Source of the DNA: Phycisphaerae bacterium
GTDB lineage: Bacteria; Planctomycetota; Phycisphaerae; UBA1845; Fen-1342
Assembly (NCBI GenBank): GCA_030428945.1
Contig: JAUIEC010000001.1
Coordinates: 156,438 to 220,437 of the forward strand
Reading direction: 5' to 3'
DNA length: 64,000 nt
Shown: positions 1 to 7,381 of the stretch, one piece after another
Layout of the letters: each line of letters starts with the position of its first letter
How positions within the stretch are numbered: position 1 is the first letter of the stretch
The notes under the pieces: generated by a model
The model's database searches: none
Seen by the model: only the letters and a program-made list of their open reading frames with translations
Told to the model about the DNA's origin: nothing
Position numbers and translations under genes: made by a program

Positions 1-63
1 CCAGCCCGGCCGACTGGCGCGACGGCGGCTACGCAGCGCTGCTCAAACGAAGAGCTGAGAGTC

Positions 64-129
64 AGTGAGCGAGTAAGCAAGTGAGCAAGTAAGCAAGTGA
101 GCAAGTGAGCAAGTAAGCAAGTGAGCAAG
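64..129 (+). repeat. GCAAGTRA heptamer tract (family A); sense orientation suggests an upstream + strand gene ends just before the window start
   Basis: Direct reading: gagtaagcaagtgagcaagtaagcaagtgagcaagtgagcaagtaagcaagtgagcaag. Confidence 0.8.
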
Positions 130-131
130 GG

Positions 132-216
132 TCGTAGGGTGCGTCATCGACGCATCAGCCCGCGCCCTCTTGTGAGCGGACGCTCAGGCGTCGATGCCGC
201 ACCGCCTGGCGCTTCC
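132..216 (-). repeat. Conserved ~80-bp intergenic core element (family D), inverted relative to the copy at 5158-5236
   Basis: Reverse complement of gtcgtagggtgcgtcatcgacgcatcagcccgcgccctcttgtgagcggacgctcaggcgtcgatgccgcaccgc aligns to 5158-5236 (gcggtgcggcatcgacgcc...gatgcgtcgctgacgcaccctacgg) with a few substitutions. It contains the internal palindrome TGCGTCATCGACGCA. Confidence 0.75.
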
Positions 217-278
217 TGCCGCAGCGAACACGGAACGCGGTGCGAAGTAAGCAAGTAAACAGGGCGTTGGGGTCATAC

Positions 279-304
279 TTCCCTGTTCCCTGTTCCCTTC
301 CCCA
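279..304 (-). repeat. GGGAACA heptamer tract (family B), sense-oriented at the 3' end of the minus-strand gene 307-906
   Basis: ttccctgttccctgttcccttcccc abuts the stop codon (cta at 307-309 on plus = TAG on minus). Confidence 0.7.
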
Positions 305-306
305 CC

Positions 307-906
307 CTATCCGTCGGCTTCACGGTCGCGGAGTACTTCGTAGTCGATGCGGAAGCTGCCGTCGGGGTTCTGTTCGAAGGTGAAGATCAACTGGTCGTCG
401 CAGGTGTAGTCCGGGCCGAGGCGGACCACGAGCGGGTCGACGCTGCCGGAGTCCGGCTGGCCTTCGCCCGGCGAACCCTGGGGCGCGCTTGAGAAGCTCG
501 CGCCCAGCACGAAGGCCTCGTCGTCGAAGTTGGCGGCCGTGTTGCTGCTGGTGTCGACGATTCGGTCGAGCAGTTTCTGGGTGCCGATCGCGATGTCGCG
601 GAAGCACGAGAAGGTCAGCGGGGCCTGGCTGGTTCCGCCCTCGATCCGCAACTGCTGGAACGACACGTCGCCCGGCGGGTCGCGGTCCAGGTCATCGAAC
701 GCTCCGATCGTGAAGATCGCCCGGAACGGCGTGTTGTTGATCAGCCGGACCGTGACGTTCCGCTGGCTCTCTTCGGTCAGGTTCAGGATCAGCGCGCCCG
801 AACAGCCGGCCGCCAGCAGCGCCAGGCCGGCCGCCAGCCAGCCGATCCACGTTCCGCCCCGTCCGCGCACGATGCCCGTTCCGCCGCCTGCCATGGCCCG
901 TTCCAT
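307..906 (-). CDS. Secreted or lipoprotein hypothetical protein
   Basis: Hydrophobic N-terminus ...WIGWLAAGLALLAAGCSGA with a lipobox-like Cys. GC3-rich codon usage. The TGATG start overlaps the stop of the upstream gene. Confidence 0.6.
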   Translation of the reverse strand: MERAMAGGGTGIVRGRGGTWIGWLAAGLALLAAGCSGALILNLTEESQRNVTVRLINNTPFRAIFTIGAFDDLDRDPPGDVSFQQLRIEGGTSQAPLTFSCFRDIAIGTQKLLDRIVDTSSNTAANFDDEAFVLGASFSSAPQGSPGEGQPDSGSVDPLVVRLGPDYTCDDQLIFTFEQNPDGSFRIDYEVLRDREADG

Positions 907-3275
907 CAGCCACCCTCCGATCCGGCCTGGTTCTGCTGCCGCGTCTGCACCAGCAGTCTCTCGCAGATCCGCAACTGGTTCGCCAGGAAGTCCTTGGTCT
1001 TCTGCGAGTACTGGCTCTGGCGCAGCCGGTTCTGCTCGCGACGAATGAAGTTGGCCGCCTGTCCGTAGGCACCGGCGCCCGCCAGTTCGCCAACGATGTA
1101 TCGATACAGCACGCGCCCGGTGGTCATGTCACGCTGCACCGCCGAGACCCACTCGCTCATCGCCCGGGCCGGGTCCGGCGGATCCGAGAAGCGGTACAGG
1201 AACCCCAGCCCCATCTGGGCCGAGGCCGTGTTCGGACGCCATTCCTCCCCGCGATCGGCCCGCGCCCGGATCTCCTGGATCAGCGGGTCGTCGCGACGGA
1301 TCATCAGCACGCCCTTGGCGCCGGCCATCAGCGGAATCCAGTTCGAGTTGCGCTGAATCGCGGCTTCGAGGGCCCGCCCGTGCCCGTACCGCAGCATGAC
1401 CATGTTCGTCCTGGTCCGGTCAAGCTCGGCGTAGATCGCCTCCGGGGTCGTGCGGTTGCCCATCACGACCTTCGTGTAGCGCTGGTAGTGGTCCACGTCG
1501 TAGACCTGCTGCGCCCGACCGTCCATGTACACCCGCGACTGCGGCGCGAAGAACATCACCATCCCGGCCTGCGTCCACTCGGTCATCAGGTTGGCCGCGA
1601 TTTCGTTCTTCGCCAGGTAGTCCAGCAGTCCGTTCGGCGTGGCGTCGAACCGGGTCACCTTCTCGAGCAGGCCGACCTCGGCGTCTTCGGGATAGAACGA
1701 GTTGATCCGCTCGATCGCGCCGCGGGCCTCCATCCCGGCCGGGATCAGCATGATCAGGCAGGCCGCCGAAACGACGTAGGGCGCCCGGCGGGCGACCTCC
1801 GGAACCTGTCGCACGACCAGGATCACCCAGGCCGTCACGCCGGGGGCCGCGAACAGCAGGAACACCGGCGCGAACCGCCGCGCGAAGAACGTCAGGATCA
1901 GGCCGATCCCGATCGCGAGCACGTCGAACGCCGTCAGGCGCGGCCAGGCGCGACCCTCGGCCGGCGCTTCCGTCGCGGTCTGCCGCGGTGTTCCGAACAG
2001 GGCGTAGATCCGCACGGCGCCGACCACGATCAGCAGGGCGGTCGAGAAGATCATGATCATCTTGATGCGGTCAAACGGCGGGAAGGCCGCGACCGGGAAG
2101 TAGGGCGGGTTCCACTCGGAGACCGAGCGCCAGACCTCGCTCTCGCCGACCTCCTGGCCGTGCACGAAGTTCTCCCAGCCGAACGGTCCCAGCACCCAGG
2201 TCGCCAGGAAGGCCGCGACCAGTGCCGCGCAGACGCCCCCGACCTGCCAGAGCGCCACCGAGGGCTCGCGCCGCCGGTCGATCATGAACTGGTACAGCAG
2301 GGCGATGCTCAGCACGATCGAGGCCAGCACCACGATGGCCCGGGCCTGGCCGAGATAGGCGCTGCCGCCCATCGGCGGACCCATCGCGAACCACTTCTCG
2401 TTGAGCGTCTTTCCGCAGGCATACCAGCAGGCCACCAGCGTGATCAGCGCCAGCACCACGTTGATGCCCAGCAGGATCCCGTCCGGAAGGTGCCGCACGT
2501 ATCGCCGCCACAGGTGCACGATCGCCCAGTAGGTGATGAACAGCCCGAAGATCACGTAACCGAAGATGAAACTGCCGTGCGAGTTGCCCCACAGGAACAG
2601 CAGCACGAAGATGCCCACGAGCGGCCACCGCCGCCGGCAGGAGCCCGACGTGCCCTCCAGGGCGCAGATCAGCATCCACATCGCCGACATCGCGAAGAAC
2701 CCGGTCGTCGCCGGCCGGGCGCTGATGAAGTCGCGGCACCCGTAGGCCACCACGCTCGCGGCGACCAGTCCGCCCAGCAGCGAGCGGGTCCGGAACCAGA
2801 CGGCCGCCAGCGTGCAGAGGAAGATCGAGGCGCTCATCGCCCAGGTGCCCCAGATGACGGCATCGGGTCCGAAGTCGCGGTACAGCCAGTACTGGACCAG
2901 GTGCGTTCCCCAGTTCTGGTTCAGCCAGGGCTCACCCTGAAAGGTGTAGCTCATGGTGTCGGCGACGGGGAAGCCGTCGGTCGCTTCGAGGATCGCGCGA
3001 CCGCCGGCAAGTCCGATATAGGTGTCGGTGGACGAGTGCACCTCGGTGATTCCGTACACGGTGCAGGCCGCCAGCAGCAGCAGCGCCGGCGCCAGCAGCA
3101 CGGCCGAGAGCCACGCGGGCCGCTCGGACGGCGGGATCTCCAGCAGATTCCAGACGCCGCCGGGCGCCTCGGATCCGTCCTGGTTTGCTGTCCCCGCGTT
3201 CGACTCGTTGGCAGGCATCGTGATCTCAAATACGGGCTGGGCCGCGGGCCGGTTCGCACGCGGCGGGCCGCGCAT
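906..3275 (-). CDS. Large polytopic membrane protein, more than 12 predicted TM helices, with a C-terminal soluble domain; possibly a glycosyltransferase-39/DUF2723-like family (family uncertain)
   Basis: Multiple hydrophobic 20-aa segments in the N-terminal ~500 aa and a hydrophilic C-terminal ~280 aa. Coding-like codon bias. The true start may lie at an internal Met (MPANESN). Confidence 0.6.
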   Translation of the reverse strand: MRGPPRANRPAAQPVFEITMPANESNAGTANQDGSEAPGGVWNLLEIPPSERPAWLSAVLLAPALLLLAACTVYGITEVHSSTDTYIGLAGGRAILEATDGFPVADTMSYTFQGEPWLNQNWGTHLVQYWLYRDFGPDAVIWGTWAMSASIFLCTLAAVWFRTRSLLGGLVAASVVAYGCRDFISARPATTGFFAMSAMWMLICALEGTSGSCRRRWPLVGIFVLLFLWGNSHGSFIFGYVIFGLFITYWAIVHLWRRYVRHLPDGILLGINVVLALITLVACWYACGKTLNEKWFAMGPPMGGSAYLGQARAIVVLASIVLSIALLYQFMIDRRREPSVALWQVGGVCAALVAAFLATWVLGPFGWENFVHGQEVGESEVWRSVSEWNPPYFPVAAFPPFDRIKMIMIFSTALLIVVGAVRIYALFGTPRQTATEAPAEGRAWPRLTAFDVLAIGIGLILTFFARRFAPVFLLFAAPGVTAWVILVVRQVPEVARRAPYVVSAACLIMLIPAGMEARGAIERINSFYPEDAEVGLLEKVTRFDATPNGLLDYLAKNEIAANLMTEWTQAGMVMFFAPQSRVYMDGRAQQVYDVDHYQRYTKVVMGNRTTPEAIYAELDRTRTNMVMLRYGHGRALEAAIQRNSNWIPLMAGAKGVLMIRRDDPLIQEIRARADRGEEWRPNTASAQMGLGFLYRFSDPPDPARAMSEWVSAVQRDMTTGRVLYRYIVGELAGAGAYGQAANFIRREQNRLRQSQYSQKTKDFLANQLRICERLLVQTRQQNQAGSEGG

Positions 3276-3475
3276 CGTACAGAAACTCCCACGGCATCGC
3301 GAGCGGGCACCTTGACGGTCTATCGGTGCCTCAAATAATACGCTGGAGGGAGGTTGCGCCGGGTCGGCCCGGAAACGCTAACATGCTGTCGCCGGCCGGA
3401 TTGTGGACCGGGCAGCCGGGTCTGCCGATAAACCGGGCAGGCCGTCCTCCCGCCCGATGATGAAAAGGACAACGC

Positions 3476-5008
3476 ATGCGGATCTCGAACGCGACCCTGC
3501 TTCCGATAATCCTCGGCGGACTGCTGACCCTCTCGGGGGCGACCTGCTTCCCGATCATCGAGTTCGGTGACGACGGGCTGACCGAGCCGACGCCGCCAGA
3601 GCCGCTGACGGTCTCGGTCCGCTTCCCGTCGGCCAGCCGCGAAGTTCCCCAGGGCACGGTCGTCAACATCGACTGGACCCTGAGCAACAACACCGGCAGC
3701 GACGCGATTGCCTCGGTCATCCTGCGCGACCGGGGCGACCTGTCCAACACGATCCTGGTCGGCGGACAGCGGATCCTGGGCGGCGGGCCCCAGCGGGTCG
3801 ACTTCGACACGACCAACTTCGGTGGCCGGCGGTTCGACATCCTGATCCAGGTTCTGGCGGGCAGCGATTTCGTCGAAGAGACGGCCGAGGGGCAGATCAC
3901 GGTCAACGGTCTGCCGGCGTTCGAGTTCACCGAGCCGTTCGAGCCGGTGGTTCTGGGCGCGGACCAGCCGGAGCAGGATCCGAATTCCGACGAGCCGCCG
4001 CCGGATCCGACGGTGACGATCCGCTGGATCGGGTCGGATGCCGAGGGCGACGGAACGGTGACGATCTTCGGCGACACCGATCTCGATCACGAGAGCGGCA
4101 ACGAGTTCGAAATCACGAGCGGGAGCCTGTCGGCCGACGCCGTCTTCGATCAGTTCGAATGGGACGGCGTCCCGGCGGACGGTCCGGTCGAGGAAGAGAC
4201 GGTCTTCAACCTGTACGCGGAGATTTCGGACGGGGTCAACGAGGACTTCATCGTCGAGGGCCTGGCGACGATCACGGTTCCGCTGCCCGAGGAGGAGGAA
4301 GAGGAGGAGGTCTTCGCGCTCGAGATCACCGATCCGAACATGGACACGGACTTCCTGACGAGCGAGGCGATGTTCACGATCGGCTACACCATCGACGATC
4401 CGAACGTGCTGATCGACCTGGGCGTGGACCTGGACGACAACCACACCAACGGCAACGAGACGCTGATCCTCTTCCAGGAGTTCATCGAGAAGGGCGCCAA
4501 CGAGAACTCGTTCGACTGGGACGGGACCGACAAGGACGGCAACGTCGTCCCGAACGGCATCTACCGCACCTACCTGGTCGTCAACCGCGGCTCCGGCACG
4601 CCGCAGATCGTCGATGCCGAGGGCCTGCTGTTCCGGCGAGCCAACGAGAACGATCCGCTGATCGCGCTGCTGGATCCCGGCGTCGACAACACCAAGGACA
4701 TCGGCGAGTCGATCACCTTCCGCTGGCGCGACGAGGACCCCGACGAGACGGCCGTGATCCGCCTGACGCTCGACGATGATCCGGATCCGGACGAAGCGGT
4801 CGAGACCGACGAGGCCGAGATCGAGATCCTGCCCGAGCGCGACGCGGCCGGCGACGGTGTCCGCGACACGTTCGCGTACTCGGTGCCCAACACGCTGGCG
4901 CCCGGGACGTACTACATCTTCGCGTACATCGACGCGGACGGGGCAGCGCCCTTCGACCACGTCAGCGTCGCGCCCGGCCGCCTGATCGTCGAGGACCCGG
5001 ACGGGTAG
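3476..5008 (+). CDS. Secreted acidic (D/E-rich) repeat-containing hypothetical protein
   Basis: Signal peptide MRISNATLLPIILGGLLTLSGATC. Strong GC3 bias. The antisense ORF 3320-4960 is an Arg/Val-rich artefact. Confidence 0.7.
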   Translation: MRISNATLLPIILGGLLTLSGATCFPIIEFGDDGLTEPTPPEPLTVSVRFPSASREVPQGTVVNIDWTLSNNTGSDAIASVILRDRGDLSNTILVGGQRILGGGPQRVDFDTTNFGGRRFDILIQVLAGSDFVEETAEGQITVNGLPAFEFTEPFEPVVLGADQPEQDPNSDEPPPDPTVTIRWIGSDAEGDGTVTIFGDTDLDHESGNEFEITSGSLSADAVFDQFEWDGVPADGPVEEETVFNLYAEISDGVNEDFIVEGLATITVPLPEEEEEEEVFALEITDPNMDTDFLTSEAMFTIGYTIDDPNVLIDLGVDLDDNHTNGNETLILFQEFIEKGANENSFDWDGTDKDGNVVPNGIYRTYLVVNRGSGTPQIVDAEGLLFRRANENDPLIALLDPGVDNTKDIGESITFRWRDEDPDETAVIRLTLDDDPDPDEAVETDEAEIEILPERDAAGDGVRDTFAYSVPNTLAPGTYYIFAYIDADGAAPFDHVSVAPGRLIVEDPDG

Positions 5009-5021
5009 CTTGGGGAAGGGA

Positions 5022-5056
5022 ACCGGGAACAGGGAACAGGGAACAGGGAACAGGGG
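5022..5056 (+). repeat. GGGAACA heptamer tract (family B) directly after the stop of gene 3476-5008
   Basis: ggggaagggaaccgggaacagggaacagggaacagggaacaggg. Confidence 0.8.
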
Positions 5057-5350
5057 GTGCCGCGTGGTGGGCAGACCCTGCTGGCCTGCTGCACTGTTCT
5101 GGCTTGCTTACCTGCTCACTTCGCACCGCGTCCCGTGTTCGCTACGGCGGGGATCGCCAAGCGGTGCGGCATCGACGCCTGCGCTTCCGCTCACAAGAAG
5201 GCGCGGGCAGATGCGTCGCTGACGCACCCTACGGCACTGGGGGAAGGGAACCGGGAACCGGGCACCGGGAACAGGGAACAGGGGGTGCCGCTTGGTTGGC
5301 AGACCCTGCTGGCCTGCTGCACTGTTCTGGCTTGCTTACCTGCTCACTTG
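5054..5350 (+). repeat. Composite intergenic repeat block: two ~68-bp direct repeats (5054-5121, 5284-5350) flanking the family-D core (5158-5236) and a second GGGAACA tract (5240-5283)
   Basis: ggtgccgc(g/t)tggt(g/t)ggcagaccctgctggcctgctgcactgttctggcttgcttacctgctcactt occurs twice. The core matches 132-216 (inverted) and 49694-49770. Confidence 0.75.
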
Positions 5351-5400
5351 CTTACTTGCTTACTTGCTTACTTGCTTACTCGCTCACTTAGTGACAGTTT
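5338..5400 (-). repeat. GCAAGTRA heptamer tract (family A) in sense orientation directly at the stop of minus-strand gene 5388-7160
   Basis: The plus-strand text cttgcttacttgcttacttgcttactcgctcacttag contains the gene stop (TAA on the minus strand). The tract follows it in the gene sense. Confidence 0.8.
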
Positions 5401-7160
5401 CGGCCGAAGTTGCGGAGCACGACGGCCAGGTCGCTGAGGGTGACCGCCTGGTCGCCGGTGACATCGCCGGCCTGGGTGGCGGTTCGGCCGAAGTTGGTCA
5501 GGACCGTCTCGAGGTCGGCCAGGTCGATCGTCGCGCTGCCGTCCGTGTCGCCCGCGCAGGTCTCGGCCAGGAGCAGGCGCTGGTTGACCGGCACGTCGTG
5601 CAGTTCGCTGACCGTTCCGGACGCCGGCCAGGTGACCCAGACGCGGTGCAGCACGCTGACCGGGCGATCGAAGCCGAAGTGGGCGAGCGTCTCGTTCTGT
5701 GACATGAAGTTGCTGGCCGCCCGCAGTTCGCGCATCTGGACGGGGCTTTCGGGGGTGGCCTGCACGCGGACGACGGCGCCGATGCCTTCACGGCTGGTGA
5801 GCGTGCCGCGGAGGGTCACCTGCAGCCAGGCCCGCTGGCTGCCGCCGTCGTTGCGGTACAGCATCGGCGTGTCGGCGTTGTTGGCGATGAACAGGTCCAG
5901 GTCGCCGTCGCGGTCGTAGTCGAAGACGACCAGTCCCTTGCCCGAGCGGGTGTCGGTCAGCCCGACCGAGGTCGAGACCTCGGGCATCAGGCCCGGGCCG
6001 TCGTTGCGCCAGAGCTTCATCGGATCGTGGTTGAAGCGGTCCTCGTTGGTCAGGAACGGGAAGTCGACGCCGTTGGTCATCACCAGGTCGAGGTCGCCGT
6101 CGTTGTCGTAGTCGAGGAACGAAGCGCCCCAGCCCCAGCCGCCATCGCGCACGCCGCGGGCGTCGGTCTGATCGCTGAACAGCGAGTCGCCCTCGTTCTG
6201 GTAGAAGCGGTTGCCGCTTCCGTCCCAGTCGCCGAACGGTGCGTTCGGGTCGAAGATCGCGGTGACGAACCAGTCGAGGTCGCCGTCGTTGTCGTAGTCG
6301 CCGATCGCCGAGCCCATCCCGTTCTCGTCGGTCCCGACCCGGGCCGCTTCGGTCACATCCTCGAAGCTCCCGTTGCGGCGGTTGCGGTAGTAGCGGCTCG
6401 TGACGAAGTCGCCGGCGTGAACCAGGTCGGCCCAGCCGTCGCCGTCCATGTCGCTGAACGCGCCCGACCAGCCCTCGACCTCGTCCCGGAAACTGACGCC
6501 CTGCCGCGGAATCCGCTCGAAGACGCGGGCCGCTTCGGTCACGTCGACGAACGCGCCCCCCTCGTTGTGATACAGCGCGTTGGCCGGGTTGTCGGCCGAC
6601 CAGGTCCAGACCACCAGGTCCAGCCTGCCGTCCAGGTCGTAGTCGCCGAAGGCCGCGCTGCTCGGGCCGCGCTCGACGCCGCCGGTCATCGCCACGCCCC
6701 AGGCGGCCGCCTCCTCGCGAAACGTGCCGTCGCCGTTGTTCAGGTAGAGGAAGTTCTGCCCGTTGCGGTTGATCGTCAGCAGGTACAGGTCGACCCAGCC
6801 GTCGTTGTTGACGTCGCCCCAGATGCAGCCCGAACTGCGGCCGCTGAAGTCGACGCCGGCCGTCGCGGCCACATCCGCGAAGGTTCCGTCGCCCAGGTTG
6901 CGGTACAGCAGGTTCGGCTGGCGGACGCGGGTGACGTACAGGTCGACCCAGCCGTCGTTGTCGAAGTCGGCCGCGGCGGCGCCGCCGACCATGTAGGCGA
7001 GACTGGCGTTCGGGCCGGCGAGCGGGATTCCGTCCCAGTGGCTGGCCGAGACGCCGGCGGTGGTCGTTACGTCGGTGAAGGTCACGACCGGGTCGTCAGC
7101 GCGGGCGATGCCGCTCAACCCACAGAGGGCGATCACCACCCGCCATTGCGGCTTCCACAT
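5388..7160 (-). CDS. FG-GAP repeat / ASPIC-UnbV (CRTAC1-like) secreted protein with C-terminal dockerin-type repeats
   Basis: Repeated DxDGDGxxDL and FxNxGDGTF motifs. The C-terminus GDTDGSATIDLADLETVL...GDVTGDQAVTLSDLAVVLRNFG is dockerin type I-like. Signal peptide after the internal Met (MWKPQWRVVIALCGLSGIARA). The ORF track begins at a TTG upstream. Confidence 0.8.
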   Translation of the reverse strand: MWKPQWRVVIALCGLSGIARADDPVVTFTDVTTTAGVSASHWDGIPLAGPNASLAYMVGGAAAADFDNDGWVDLYVTRVRQPNLLYRNLGDGTFADVAATAGVDFSGRSSGCIWGDVNNDGWVDLYLLTINRNGQNFLYLNNGDGTFREEAAAWGVAMTGGVERGPSSAAFGDYDLDGRLDLVVWTWSADNPANALYHNEGGAFVDVTEAARVFERIPRQGVSFRDEVEGWSGAFSDMDGDGWADLVHAGDFVTSRYYRNRRNGSFEDVTEAARVGTDENGMGSAIGDYDNDGDLDWFVTAIFDPNAPFGDWDGSGNRFYQNEGDSLFSDQTDARGVRDGGWGWGASFLDYDNDGDLDLVMTNGVDFPFLTNEDRFNHDPMKLWRNDGPGLMPEVSTSVGLTDTRSGKGLVVFDYDRDGDLDLFIANNADTPMLYRNDGGSQRAWLQVTLRGTLTSREGIGAVVRVQATPESPVQMRELRAASNFMSQNETLAHFGFDRPVSVLHRVWVTWPASGTVSELHDVPVNQRLLLAETCAGDTDGSATIDLADLETVLTNFGRTATQAGDVTGDQAVTLSDLAVVLRNFGRNCH

Positions 7161-7381
7161 CACGATTGCACTCCCGCAGCGCGGTCCGAACGGACCCGAC
7201 AGAATTTCGCGCTGTCTACCAGCCGTCGCCCGAAGCGGCAACGAAGTGATTCAAACTCGCATTGTATCGCGCAGCCCGCACGACACAGAAGACACTGCTC
7301 AGCAGCTCAAGAGCAGTACCGCCGGAGCGCGAGCGACAGCAGGCTTGCTCCCTCGCTCCCTGGCTCCCTCGCTCCCTCTCC

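Noticed and set aside
64-129. Heptamer and octamer tracts as a possible CRISPR array.
   Set aside because: The units are 7-8 nt and directly tandem, with no unique spacers of 25-40 nt. No cas genes are present in the window.
1380-3338. Long antisense ORFs opposite real genes. Examples: 1380-3338, 3320-4960, 6027-7388, 7262-9202, 9787-11538, 13055-14575, 14590-16926, 16761-20060, 20662-23112, 23738-25924, 31223-33088, 35816-38125, 39733-42231, 42850-45216.
   Set aside because: Their translations are Arg/Gly/Pro/Val/Asp-rich low complexity typical of off-frame reading in about 70% GC DNA. The opposite-strand or overlapping genes have clear signal peptides, catalytic motifs and GC3-biased codon usage.
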